NCBI GenBank assembly: GCA_036338595.1
Contig: JAYZBV010000027.1
Span: 1 to 42,650, forward strand
Length of the DNA: 42,650 nt
DNA from: Planctomycetota bacterium
GTDB taxonomy: Bacteria; Planctomycetota; UBA8108; UBA1146
Direction of reading: 5' to 3'
Shown: positions 20,475-29,791 of the stretch, piece by piece
How the letters are laid out: each line of letters begins with the position of its first letter
Numbering within the stretch: position 1 is the first letter of the stretch
Notes under the pieces: generated by a model
Seen by the model: the letters and a program-made list of their open reading frames with translations, nothing else
What the model was told of the DNA's origin: nothing
The model's database searches: none
Program-made: the position numbers and the translations under genes

Positions 20475-22022
20475 TCAATCGGTCGCCTGTAGTTCCTTCC
20501 CGGGAGCGGCAGATGTGGACCAGGGGGGACGCACTGAATCTCGCGGATGGGCGCCCTTCTGCTCCAGGATCGGCATACAGACCCTCCCCTGGCACGGTCC
20601 CATCCCGACACGGCACAGCATCCTCGCCTCACGCAGCGAGCCGGTCCGAAGTGCCGTCTCAGCGGATACATCTTCACAGCGGCACAGCACCACATCTCCT
20701 CGAATCAACTCCAACAATTCAGGACGAAGCGGATGAGCACGCTCCAGTGCGAGTCCCCAGTGGGCGTTCCTTTTCACCCTTGCCAGAAGGTGTTCCCGTG
20801 GAGTTCCACCTGCGACGCTGATCCCTGCCACGATTCCACCGTCGACTGCCCCTTCACAGCCGACGATGCCTGTCGGCTCACCGGCGCAGTAGACCCCTTC
20901 CACCGATGTCGCCTGGCGCGAGTTGACGAGAACAGCGCCATTCCCATCGAGGGGACAACCCAATCCCTGTGCCAGCCGTGTTTCAGGAAGCAAGCCGAAA
21001 CCGACTGCCAGTCCATCGACCTCCTCGACCCGCACTCCTTGCTCGGTCCGAAGATGCACTCGCTTCACCTGGCCATCCCCCTCTGCCAGGATCGGCCAGC
21101 TCGAGGACAGCTTCTCGACGCCACGCAGCGATTTCCACATCTCGAATGCCTGGCCGAGACGCGTGCGAGAACTGATGAGTGGTAATAGCAGCGACCATCG
21201 ATCGAAGATGGATGCCTGCTCCACCAGAAGAACTGACGCGCCCTGCTCACTGGCCAATCGAGCCACTGCCAGTAGCAATGGACCGGTCCCTGCCACGACC
21301 AGCCGCTTCCCCTTCACATCGACTCCACCCTTGATCAGCGATTGCAATGCACCGGCACCGACGACTCCGGGCAAGGTCCAGCCCGGAAAGGGCAAGAACC
21401 TCTCCCTGGCACCGGTTGCGATGACGATCTTCTGACAGCGAATTTCGACCCGTTCCCCCGTGGTCACGGAGGCTGCCGTGAGCCTGCCCGGCTCACCATC
21501 GATGACACAGTATCCCTGCAATCGCCCGACCCCGACGCGTCGGGCCCGATCGATCCACTCCCTTGCCGCTTGCGGGACCGCCTCTCGATGCGCCCAGATC
21601 CTGCCGCCGGCTGCCGGAGACTCGTCCACCATCAACACATCGCACCCGTGCTCCGCTGCGGTGCAGGCAGCAGCGAGACCCGCAGGTCCTGCACCGATGA
21701 CGACCACTTCTGCACTCTGTTCACGCTGTCGGAGAGTTTTCACCCCATCGAGAGGACCCGGTGCCAGATCTCTTTCCGTCTCGATCTGCATACCATCTCT
21801 GACAGAAACGAGGCAGGTCCGGACGCCGCGGTGGCCATCGACCGTGGCACGGCACTCATGGCAACTCCCCATGGCGCACAGCACGCCTCTCGGCTGACCC
21901 GTCGGCGACTGCCTCAGTGAAGGGTATCCCGCTTCCAGTAACGCTGCCGTGAGCTGGCTTCCATCGACGACCTCGATGGAGACTCCATCGATCGAGATAC
22001 GGACCCGCTTCTCGTTTCTCAT
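20475..22022 (-). CDS. Fused 2Fe-2S plus FAD/NAD(P)-binding oxidoreductase (D-hydroxyproline/opine dehydrogenase gamma+alpha subunit type)
   Basis: N-terminal CAMGSCHEC...RTC (2Fe-2S), GAGPAG Rossmann motif, ATGARERFLPFPGWTLPGV, C-terminal CRCE...GMGPCQGRVC (BFD-like 2Fe-2S). Confidence 0.85.
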   Translation of the reverse strand: MRNEKRVRISIDGVSIEVVDGSQLTAALLEAGYPSLRQSPTGQPRGVLCAMGSCHECRATVDGHRGVRTCLVSVRDGMQIETERDLAPGPLDGVKTLRQREQSAEVVVIGAGPAGLAAACTAAEHGCDVLMVDESPAAGGRIWAHREAVPQAAREWIDRARRVGVGRLQGYCVIDGEPGRLTAASVTTGERVEIRCQKIVIATGARERFLPFPGWTLPGVVGAGALQSLIKGGVDVKGKRLVVAGTGPLLLAVARLASEQGASVLLVEQASIFDRWSLLLPLISSRTRLGQAFEMWKSLRGVEKLSSSWPILAEGDGQVKRVHLRTEQGVRVEEVDGLAVGFGLLPETRLAQGLGCPLDGNGAVLVNSRQATSVEGVYCAGEPTGIVGCEGAVDGGIVAGISVAGGTPREHLLARVKRNAHWGLALERAHPLRPELLELIRGDVVLCRCEDVSAETALRTGSLREARMLCRVGMGPCQGRVCMPILEQKGAHPRDSVRPPWSTSAAPGKELQATD

Positions 22023-23197
22023 CGATGGACACCGGCCATCAGTAATTCGATTCTCTCGGCAGCTCTGCCGGCGTCGACGATCGCACCTGCGTTCGATGCG
22101 AGCATTGCCACCTCCAGCAGGTGTGTGAGATCACGCTGAAGATCGATTCGATGGAGCAGCATCGGTTGAGACTGGTGGCCATTGAGCCACGCCGTGAAAG
22201 CGAGCCCGGCCTTGTAGAGATGGGTCGGGGCCTCGAATACCTTCTGGCCGTATAACTCACAGGGCTGCATCCAGCGGCGATAGCCGTCCAGATCTCCTGC
22301 CGCAAGATGTCGAAGGGCACGGCCTGCCGGAACCGCAACACCATCGAAGACACCGAGCAGGGCGTGGCTGAAATCTCCGTCAGAGATCTGACGCTCTCCG
22401 AGTGGAACCGTTCCCGTCGGTGCCTGCCCATCGCCCTCGATGAGGCCGCAGAAGTGGAAGTCATCGCCAGAGAGGACCATCTGGCCTCGCTGCCGGCAGC
22501 CTCGTCTCACATCCAGTTCCAGCTCGTGATCGAGCATCGACATCTTGACCCCACGCACCTTGTCCGGATCGATCTCCAGGATCTTCTGCAGTGAACTGCC
22601 AGGAAAATAACCCTCCAGTTCGGCCAGGAACATCGGGCCTAGCCAGTGGATGAAGAGCGGACCTTCACACTGCTCGAAGATGCAGCGATAGGTCGAGATG
22701 AATTGCTCCTCGTCACACCCCCAGTGACACAGCCACGGCATCGGCAAGATGATCGCAATGCCTCCCGCTTGCTGGATGATACCGACCTGTTCGACCACCG
22801 CGTCGATCAACGTTTTCATGTCGGAGACAACATCGCACTGGTCCGCACCGGCTCCTGCGATGAATCCCGTCTCCAGTTGTAGAGCTCCGCACTCCTCGAT
22901 GAGACGCCGTGCCGCTGGCCAGCCCAGTTCAAATCTTTGAGCGGTGTCCATCGCTTCCGCGATGCCGAAACCATGCTCCGCAAGGTGCTGTCGAAAAGCC
23001 ATCGTCTGCTTCCAGTCGACATGTTCACTGGCATCGGATGATGTCGAGCAGTCTCGGTACGACTCCTCCAGGATGAGATGCGCAGCCGCATAGGCGATGC
23101 GAACCGGAGCAGCGGTTTGCGGTTCCGGCTCCATCTCCAGCACACCATCTTCGAGCCAGATCGGCTCCCCTTCAGGATTTGGCAGTTCGATCTTCAT
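22019..23197 (-). CDS. DUF993 family (DapA-like TIM barrel) protein
   Basis: RIAYAAAH, GIAEAMDTAQR, IHWLG, SGDDF, SHALLG, YKAG. Start ATG 23197 (ATGA overlap with the transporter stop). Confidence 0.8.
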   Translation of the reverse strand: MKIELPNPEGEPIWLEDGVLEMEPEPQTAAPVRIAYAAAHLILEESYRDCSTSSDASEHVDWKQTMAFRQHLAEHGFGIAEAMDTAQRFELGWPAARRLIEECGALQLETGFIAGAGADQCDVVSDMKTLIDAVVEQVGIIQQAGGIAIILPMPWLCHWGCDEEQFISTYRCIFEQCEGPLFIHWLGPMFLAELEGYFPGSSLQKILEIDPDKVRGVKMSMLDHELELDVRRGCRQRGQMVLSGDDFHFCGLIEGDGQAPTGTVPLGERQISDGDFSHALLGVFDGVAVPAGRALRHLAAGDLDGYRRWMQPCELYGQKVFEAPTHLYKAGLAFTAWLNGHQSQPMLLHRIDLQRDLTHLLEVAMLASNAGAIVDAGRAAERIELLMAGVHR

Positions 23198-24618
23198 CCG
23201 GTCAGTTTTTCCAACCAGCCGGGCAACGCGGTCGCGGTCTTCCAGATCAGGAACACACTCAGTACCAGGGTGGCCAGCAGGATCAAACCCTGCCACAGCA
23301 TCGCCCTGGTGCCTTGCGGCCGATCCTCCCCGAGATACTCCTTCGAACGCTGCATCTTGAGGACTCCGATGTAGACCGCAGGCAACAGGAAACCGGTCAG
23401 GATGGTGGTCGGCACTGCGATCCAGATCGCAATGTCGCCCCAGTAGAAGGCACCCAGCACTCCAGGGGTCGGCAACAGACAGGCGAGACGAAACTTGGCC
23501 GATCCGACCTTCCAGCCCAGTGTTTCACAGGCTGCGAAGCCGCAGCAGATCATGTGCATCGTGATGCTGCTGGTGACCATTCCCAGTAACCCCAGATCGA
23601 AGATGATACGGGAAATATCGGTGCCACCGAGGATCTCAGCCGCATCGATGGGGGCAAACCCCTTGCCAGGGAACTGGATTCCATCGGCACCGAATGTATT
23701 TGCTGCCGCCACCACGATCAGCGTTGTCGTCAGCAGGTACGGAACGAACATGCCCGCGAACAGATCGAACCTCGCCAGTGATCGGTGCTCCTTGCCCCAG
23801 CCTCTCGCCAGCAACGAGTACGGATATAGAAAAACCATGTTGGCACCGATCGCCGCGGCCAATCCCGCCACAACGATGCTGAGAGCATCGACCGACTTCG
23901 ACTCATCCCCTCCAGGCGTATAGACGTCGCCGACTCCACCGGGAATGAAACCGGACAGGAAAGCACCGGGTTCGGTGATTCCCGTCTTGATCACGACGGC
24001 GGCGAAACAGAGCACGATCAACCACACCATCACCTGCATGCTACGCTCGAACAGCTTCAACAACGCCGGTGAACGGCCATAGGTGAAGGACCAGCTGATG
24101 GCCCACGCCAGCACCAGCAACCCCCCTCCCCAGCTGGGAATCCCGATACCGGAAACAGCTCCGATGTCCCCGATGGCGGCTGCGGCAAGAGCGTACTGAG
24201 CAAAGTGCCAGATGAAACTGGACAGCACCGCTCCGGCGATGAAGGCAAAGGCAAAGAAAGGCCCGGCGTGCTCCCGGATCGCCGGCAGTGGCCGCTTTCC
24301 CGTCGACAGGGTCTGGTGCGCGACCGCCGACAGCACCGCGATTCCCAGCAGCATAGAGAGTGGCGCCACCCACAACAGTCGATAGCCGAACGCACCCCCT
24401 GCCATCAGGGTTGCGGCTGCGGTGCCCCCACCGAGGGTCAGTGAACTCTGCAGATAACCCGGTCCACCACGTTTGAGGAACGCGGCCCAGCGCTTCGTGA
24501 TGGGTGCAGATTCTAGCGAAGTGAGCCACTTCTTTTCCTCGGCCAGAGCCACCGGATCGGGTGGAGCCGCCATCGGAAGGTCGATGGAATCCTGGGAATC
24601 TGCTTCGGGTTCACTCAA
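23194..24618 (-). CDS. Nramp-related (APC-fold) transporter lacking the canonical metal-binding motifs
   Basis: GPG...GAFGYRLLW Nramp-like N-terminus and about 11 TM segments; TLGGG in place of DPGN; TTG start overlaps the OYE stop. Confidence 0.75.
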   Translation of the reverse strand: MSEPEADSQDSIDLPMAAPPDPVALAEEKKWLTSLESAPITKRWAAFLKRGGPGYLQSSLTLGGGTAAATLMAGGAFGYRLLWVAPLSMLLGIAVLSAVAHQTLSTGKRPLPAIREHAGPFFAFAFIAGAVLSSFIWHFAQYALAAAAIGDIGAVSGIGIPSWGGGLLVLAWAISWSFTYGRSPALLKLFERSMQVMVWLIVLCFAAVVIKTGITEPGAFLSGFIPGGVGDVYTPGGDESKSVDALSIVVAGLAAAIGANMVFLYPYSLLARGWGKEHRSLARFDLFAGMFVPYLLTTTLIVVAAANTFGADGIQFPGKGFAPIDAAEILGGTDISRIIFDLGLLGMVTSSITMHMICCGFAACETLGWKVGSAKFRLACLLPTPGVLGAFYWGDIAIWIAVPTTILTGFLLPAVYIGVLKMQRSKEYLGEDRPQGTRAMLWQGLILLATLVLSVFLIWKTATALPGWLEKLTG

Positions 24619-26075
24619 CGGTTCTCCCCTTCTCTGGCGATCTGCCGGGCACTCGCCTTGACGGACTTCAGTTCTGCTGCTGCAGCGTGCGATTTGTAAT
24701 GATCATCGAGTGGAAAGCACCCGCTGAGTAATCCATTTCGAGGAGCGGTTGTACAGTCGCTGAAGGTTCGACAGACGCGTTTCTTTGTCATCGTTCTGCC
24801 ATGGATGATGTCCCGCGGCAACTCGGGATAGGAGAGCATCGATCTGCCTAGCCCGACCACATCCTGGAATCCGTTTCGCACCTCATACGACGCTACCGCT
24901 GCCAGCCATTCCTGAAGGTAGGTCCAGCCAGTGCCAACGATTCCCAGCTCGGGAAAGTGGTCTCGCACCGTTCGTGCGGCCTGGATGTGGCTGGCGACCC
25001 CGACCAGCGGATCTTCAGGAGGTCGATACCCATCGCTGGGCGGGTACTGTGCCGGACGCTGCCTGTGAGGACACCAGTAGGGCGACCCGATCGTCAGGTT
25101 GATCCATTCGATTCCCTGCTGCTGAAGCATCGAGATCAACTGCAATGGTTCGTCCCAGTCCGGTTTCATGGGATCCGCAGGGTCTACACCGAATCCGTGG
25201 TCGTAGTTCTCATCCGCTGGCCAATCAGGCACTCCCCCCCCATCGTCTGATCGACGAAACGGGATCACATCGGTGACCGATAGTCGTACCGCAATGCCAA
25301 GCCCCGGTGCAGCCTCGCGAACTCCTGCGATCAGGTCCCTGAGCATCCGACTGCGCCCCTCCAGGTCGCCACCGTATCTGCCGGGGCGGGTTCTCGCAGA
25401 CAACAGTTCATGGAGCAAGTAGCCGTGACACGCCTTGATATCGACAAAGTCAAAGCCTGCCTTGTGAGCGCAAGTCGCTGCATCGATGTATCGCTTGCCT
25501 ATCAATTCCAGTTCTTCATCGCTCAGGATCTGATCTGCTGAGGCTCCCACTCGAGCGTCGAGTATCGGATGCTCGAATGCGGTTCTCGGTGATGGCCCCG
25601 ATGTTGTCGGGCGAGACCACCGACCCGAGTGAGTCAACTGTAATCCCACCACCGAACGGGCCGGTGCCTCATCACCGATCATCCGTTTGCCCGCCAGGAG
25701 AGTTTCGCGTAATGATTCGAGGGTGCGGCAGGTTTGCTCGGAGTCGCGGTGAAACAGTTGGTTCGGGTTTGCGCGCCCGTCCTCGGCGACTGCGAACGCT
25801 TCACCACCCCAGACCAGCGCCGCTCCACTTTCTCCGAAACGATGCCATCTTCTGAGGGTCTCCTGCGACGGAGTCCCATCACGATGCGCATCCCAGCCTT
25901 CCATCGGCTGCACTGCGAATCGATTCGACAGCGACCAGCCCCCCTTCTCCAGCGGGGAACCGAGTACCCCTGACGCATCCACCGTGTCATCGAGGTCGAG
26001 TTGCGGATCGATCTCTTGCCAGCGTTCGCGAAAGGCATCGGCATCTGCAAATCGTTGTGGCGGTTTGATCTTCAA
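24615..26075 (-). CDS. NADH:flavin oxidoreductase (old yellow enzyme family)
   Basis: NRFAVQPMEGWD, LQLTHSGR, AGFDFVDIKACHGYLLHELLS, YGGDLEGR, GLGR. Start TTG 26075 (GGGAG SD, TTGA overlap). Confidence 0.85.
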   Translation of the reverse strand: MKIKPPQRFADADAFRERWQEIDPQLDLDDTVDASGVLGSPLEKGGWSLSNRFAVQPMEGWDAHRDGTPSQETLRRWHRFGESGAALVWGGEAFAVAEDGRANPNQLFHRDSEQTCRTLESLRETLLAGKRMIGDEAPARSVVGLQLTHSGRWSRPTTSGPSPRTAFEHPILDARVGASADQILSDEELELIGKRYIDAATCAHKAGFDFVDIKACHGYLLHELLSARTRPGRYGGDLEGRSRMLRDLIAGVREAAPGLGIAVRLSVTDVIPFRRSDDGGGVPDWPADENYDHGFGVDPADPMKPDWDEPLQLISMLQQQGIEWINLTIGSPYWCPHRQRPAQYPPSDGYRPPEDPLVGVASHIQAARTVRDHFPELGIVGTGWTYLQEWLAAVASYEVRNGFQDVVGLGRSMLSYPELPRDIIHGRTMTKKRVCRTFSDCTTAPRNGLLSGCFPLDDHYKSHAAAAELKSVKASARQIAREGENR

Positions 26076-27475
26076 GATGGCTCCCCGGTTCTCTGGCTCA
26101 GTACAGACCGACGATGATCGGCTGCCGGTTCGATGCGGCACCCGTACCCCTCGCAGTCGAGTGAGCCGATGGCAAGATCTCCATCCTGGATGACAAGTTG
26201 GGCTCCATCTCCTACGGATCGATACAGGCCTTCATGCTGAGCAACCAGAGCAAGCACCTCTTCGTCAGGTAAGTGGTCGAGTCCGCGAAAATAGTGATGC
26301 CCATTTCTCTCTACATGACGAAGCCCCAGTGCTACTGCGGTGAGCAGATCCTGATGCAAACCCCAGGGGGGCAAATTTGTCAGGTCTTCGCCGCTGATAA
26401 AGGCGCCGTGTCCGTGCAGATCACACAACCCCTGATGAGCGATGGACCGCGAAACTCCCTTGCAGTTCTTTGCAGAAACCCCTCGATACCCCAATCGGAG
26501 CGCCTCGGGGAAGGCCTCCGGGCCGTGGTCTGCCTCGTCGATGATGATCGGTGCATGTCTGGCGAGAGTGGTGGGGGCTGCCGACTCATCGAAGGTGTTG
26601 GCTCTCGGCACCGGTTGTTCGATGCTGACGATCGACTTGACGAAGTTCTGGTTTCCGCCACCGGATAGTGCATCCAGAACCTGAGCCAGCTGATCCGGAT
26701 CGGAATACTGCTCATTGCCGTCCAGCGTGACCCGGTACCCGGGACCTGCTTCCCGATCGAGGATCTGTGCGATGGTTGCGAGCCGTTCCAGGTCCTGATC
26801 GGGATCTCCACCGACCTTGACCTTGAACCAGCGCAAGCCGTATCGATGGATGTCCTCGACGAGGCTCACCGGCAGCCCATCTTCTGGAGCGTCTCCCGAC
26901 CTCTGCTCCAGATCATCCAGCAGCCCGACCGTATGTCGCACTGCGATGGTTCCCGGCAACGGTGCTGGATGAAAACTCCAGTCGGCGAGATTTGAATGAA
27001 ACCTGCCAGCGTCGATGCAAAACAGGTTGCAATCGAGCGCATCGAGGAAGGATAGTCCCACACCTCGACAGGCTGCGTCCATCAACGCTCGTTCCCAGAT
27101 CGCACACCCCAGGCCACGGGTCAGGCGATCCACGGCATCGGTCGGTACTGCAAGTACCCGATCCTCGAGCATTCTCCAGTTGTGGTCAAAGACACTCGCC
27201 CTGGTTCCATCGAGCAGCACATCACCGGCCCTGGAGATGCTATCGATCAGGGATTGGATGTCATCCTCGACAGACCGATCGAGATCTTTCTCGAACCAGC
27301 GGGGAACCAGTAACTCCGATGTATATCCTACCAACGCAGTTCCATCGGATGTCTCGGCGGAGATGGTCGCCACAGCCATCGGCGCCGTAGTGAGAGTATG
27401 AACTCCAAAACGAAACGGGATCCTGGTATTGCAATCCTGAAGCTGGAGATCGATTCCTGTCACCTTGATCTGCAA
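26072..27475 (-). CDS. Divergent enolase-superfamily (mandelate racemase/MLE-like) enzyme
   Basis: FKVK motif and metal ligands in LDGNE, IEQP, IDEAD. Start probably TTG 27475 (GGAGAGGGAG SD); alternatives are 27505 and 27514. Confidence 0.78.
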   Translation of the reverse strand: MQIKVTGIDLQLQDCNTRIPFRFGVHTLTTAPMAVATISAETSDGTALVGYTSELLVPRWFEKDLDRSVEDDIQSLIDSISRAGDVLLDGTRASVFDHNWRMLEDRVLAVPTDAVDRLTRGLGCAIWERALMDAACRGVGLSFLDALDCNLFCIDAGRFHSNLADWSFHPAPLPGTIAVRHTVGLLDDLEQRSGDAPEDGLPVSLVEDIHRYGLRWFKVKVGGDPDQDLERLATIAQILDREAGPGYRVTLDGNEQYSDPDQLAQVLDALSGGGNQNFVKSIVSIEQPVPRANTFDESAAPTTLARHAPIIIDEADHGPEAFPEALRLGYRGVSAKNCKGVSRSIAHQGLCDLHGHGAFISGEDLTNLPPWGLHQDLLTAVALGLRHVERNGHHYFRGLDHLPDEEVLALVAQHEGLYRSVGDGAQLVIQDGDLAIGSLDCEGYGCRIEPAADHRRSVLSQRTGEPS

Positions 27476-27536
27476 GCGACTCCCTCTCCAAAAGCGGTCT
27501 TCCATCGCCCGCATCGTGCCGCCTCGTCAGCGGGGA

Positions 27537-28667
27537 TCAAGAAGTCGTCATCTGCCTCGACGGATCCCACGGGCCGGGGTCGATGGGGCTCTCCTGGCCG
27601 AAAATCGAACAGGTGATCAATTGAGCCGCAGCAGGTGCCTGGGTGATCCCCAACCCCTCGAAGCCGGCAGCAATCCACACCCCCTCGATGCCAGGAAGAG
27701 AACCGATGAGCGGCCTTTCATCGCCTGTCGCAGCGCGAGTTCCGCTCCATGTGCGAACCACTGGCAAGCCAGAAATGCCCGGCACAAAGCGTTCGCTGCG
27801 AGCAATGATCCGATCGATCAACTCGCTGTCGACCTTCCGGGCTCGGCATGGACGCCGGCTCGAACCGATACACAGTTGCCCTGTAGACCTTGGCAGGATG
27901 GCACAGGCCACCGTGTCTTCCACCTCCCCAAGGGCACCCTGCTGATACGCCGCTTCGACGACATGGTGATTCAACACACATGTGCCTCGACTCGTGATGG
28001 CGAGATGCCCCTCTCTGGGCAGAATGGGGACGCTGACTCCGGTCTCCTCGCACAGTTCGAGTGCCTCCAGACCTGCAGCGATGACGATCGCATCCGCTGA
28101 AATACTGGTTCCATCGTCGAGGCGTACTTGTCCCTGTTCGACCGCCAGTACCTTCACCGAGGTTCGTATCGTCGCCCCCATCTGTACTGCTTCCCCGATC
28201 ATCGAAGCGGCTGCAGTGGGTGCGTAAATTGCACCGTCCTCCGGCAACCTCAATCCGCCGCGTAGATCTCTCGCCAGCGCTGGTTCAACCTCGAACAGTG
28301 ACGGTCCCTCGAGCAGATCGGCTCCTACTCCCGCCTCATTCAGTCGTGTAGCAGCCAGACCGAGGTCGGCCAGGGCAGCATCGTCTTCAGCCATCCAGAG
28401 CGTGCCGATCTCGACGAAGCCGTCCTCCTCGGAGATGGGTGGAGCATCCTCTCGCCACATCCTTCTGCCGAGAATACAGAGTTGAATGCTGGCTTCATCT
28501 GCGCCGTTGACGGTGATATGTCCCATTCCTGCAGCGGTCGCACCTCGGACTCCCGCAGCCTCCCCCTGCTCGAGAACCACCACCTCTGCGCCTTCTCGCG
28601 CGAGCGATCGGGCGCAACTGGCGCCCACCACGCCGGCTCCGACGATGACCACCTTGAGATTTGCCAT
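27537..28667 (-). CDS. DAO-family FAD oxidoreductase, probable D-hydroxyproline dehydrogenase catalytic (beta, LhpB-like) subunit
   Basis: VIVGAGVVGA, GATAAGMGH, PREGHLAIT, GFEGLGIT. Start ATG 28667 (TGATG overlap with the GT4 stop). Confidence 0.82.
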   Translation of the reverse strand: MANLKVVIVGAGVVGASCARSLAREGAEVVVLEQGEAAGVRGATAAGMGHITVNGADEASIQLCILGRRMWREDAPPISEEDGFVEIGTLWMAEDDAALADLGLAATRLNEAGVGADLLEGPSLFEVEPALARDLRGGLRLPEDGAIYAPTAAASMIGEAVQMGATIRTSVKVLAVEQGQVRLDDGTSISADAIVIAAGLEALELCEETGVSVPILPREGHLAITSRGTCVLNHHVVEAAYQQGALGEVEDTVACAILPRSTGQLCIGSSRRPCRARKVDSELIDRIIARSERFVPGISGLPVVRTWSGTRAATGDERPLIGSLPGIEGVWIAAGFEGLGITQAPAAAQLITCSIFGQESPIDPGPWDPSRQMTTS

Positions 28668-29755
28668 CAGTGAGACCCATCGGCGAGTTCGATCGCCTGT
28701 CGATAGACCTCGACCGTCTGCCGGGCACAACTCTTCCAGTTGAATGCCAGCGCATGATTCCTGGCTTCCGCTCGATGCGATTCGTCATGCCCCAGGGCAC
28801 GATGGAGCGCTGCTGCGATGGAGGCGGGATCATCCGGGTCACAGGACTCCGCTAGATCTCCCCCGATTTCTGGAGCAGCACCGCAGGACGAGACCACAAC
28901 AGGAGTACCGCTAGCCATCGATTCCAGCACGGGCAATCCGAAGCCCTCGTAGTGAGTGCAGTAGAGGAGAGCCTTCGCCGATGAATACAGGGAAGGCAAC
29001 ACATCATCCCCGAGCCAACCGACGAGCCGGATGCGCCCGCATCCTTCTCGCTCGATCAACTCTTGTATTTCTGGCCCACCAAAAGAAGCCTCTCCTGCGA
29101 TGACGAGTGGAACATCTCCGAGTTCTGCGGCGAGAAAACCCCTGACGATTCCCGGAATGTTCTTTCGGTGCGAAAGATCTCCAACATAGATGATCGCTTC
29201 AGTCGGGATACCACGGACAGCAAGAACTTCAGCAGCCTTTGACTGCTCTATCGGTTGAAACACCGGATCGACACCGTGGTGAACCACGACCACCTTGTCC
29301 GGATCGCACTCGACTCCGTCCAGAAAATCGCGTCGTGTCGTCTCGCTGACTGCGATGATCCTCTGACAGTCAGCGGCGATGGCCTGGTAGGAGGCGATCT
29401 TCTTGTTGCGAAATTCTCTGGTAGAGATTTGGCGGCTCATCCGATCTTCTGGCAACAGGTGAACCACATCATGGATCGTGGCGACCCTCGGTGATTTCCA
29501 CCGCGGAACTCTTGAATCGGTGACATGAACCACATCGGGCCGGCGAAGTGGTGGCCACCACGGTTCCTGGATCCAGAAGCGATTCACTGTGGGAATTGAC
29601 AATCGATGTCGATGGCGATGGAGGTGAGAGCACCGGGTACCGAGCGAGATCTTCGAACCGATGTCGTCGAGCGCCCGCGCCAACTGGGCGGTGTATCGCC
29701 CGATCCCGGTGGGTCGGGGAGTACAAGCAGCTGTGGCATCGATGGCGATCCGCAC
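28667..29755 (-). CDS. Glycosyltransferase family 4 (GT-B, group 1)
   Basis: TGIGRY, TIHD, AVSETT, RKN, EGFGLPVLE (EX7E); GGAGG SD. Confidence 0.92.
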   Translation of the reverse strand: MRIAIDATAACTPRPTGIGRYTAQLARALDDIGSKISLGTRCSHLHRHRHRLSIPTVNRFWIQEPWWPPLRRPDVVHVTDSRVPRWKSPRVATIHDVVHLLPEDRMSRQISTREFRNKKIASYQAIAADCQRIIAVSETTRRDFLDGVECDPDKVVVVHHGVDPVFQPIEQSKAAEVLAVRGIPTEAIIYVGDLSHRKNIPGIVRGFLAAELGDVPLVIAGEASFGGPEIQELIEREGCGRIRLVGWLGDDVLPSLYSSAKALLYCTHYEGFGLPVLESMASGTPVVVSSCGAAPEIGGDLAESCDPDDPASIAAALHRALGHDESHRAEARNHALAFNWKSCARQTVEVYRQAIELADGSH

Positions 29756-29791
29756 ATTACCTCCCCGAGTAGACTAGGTCAGTCGCAACGC

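Noticed and set aside
20475..28667. Hydrogen cyanide synthase hcnABC or sarcosine oxidase
   Set aside because: Same domain families, but the epimerase, DapA-like deaminase and semialdehyde dehydrogenase context points to hydroxyproline catabolism.
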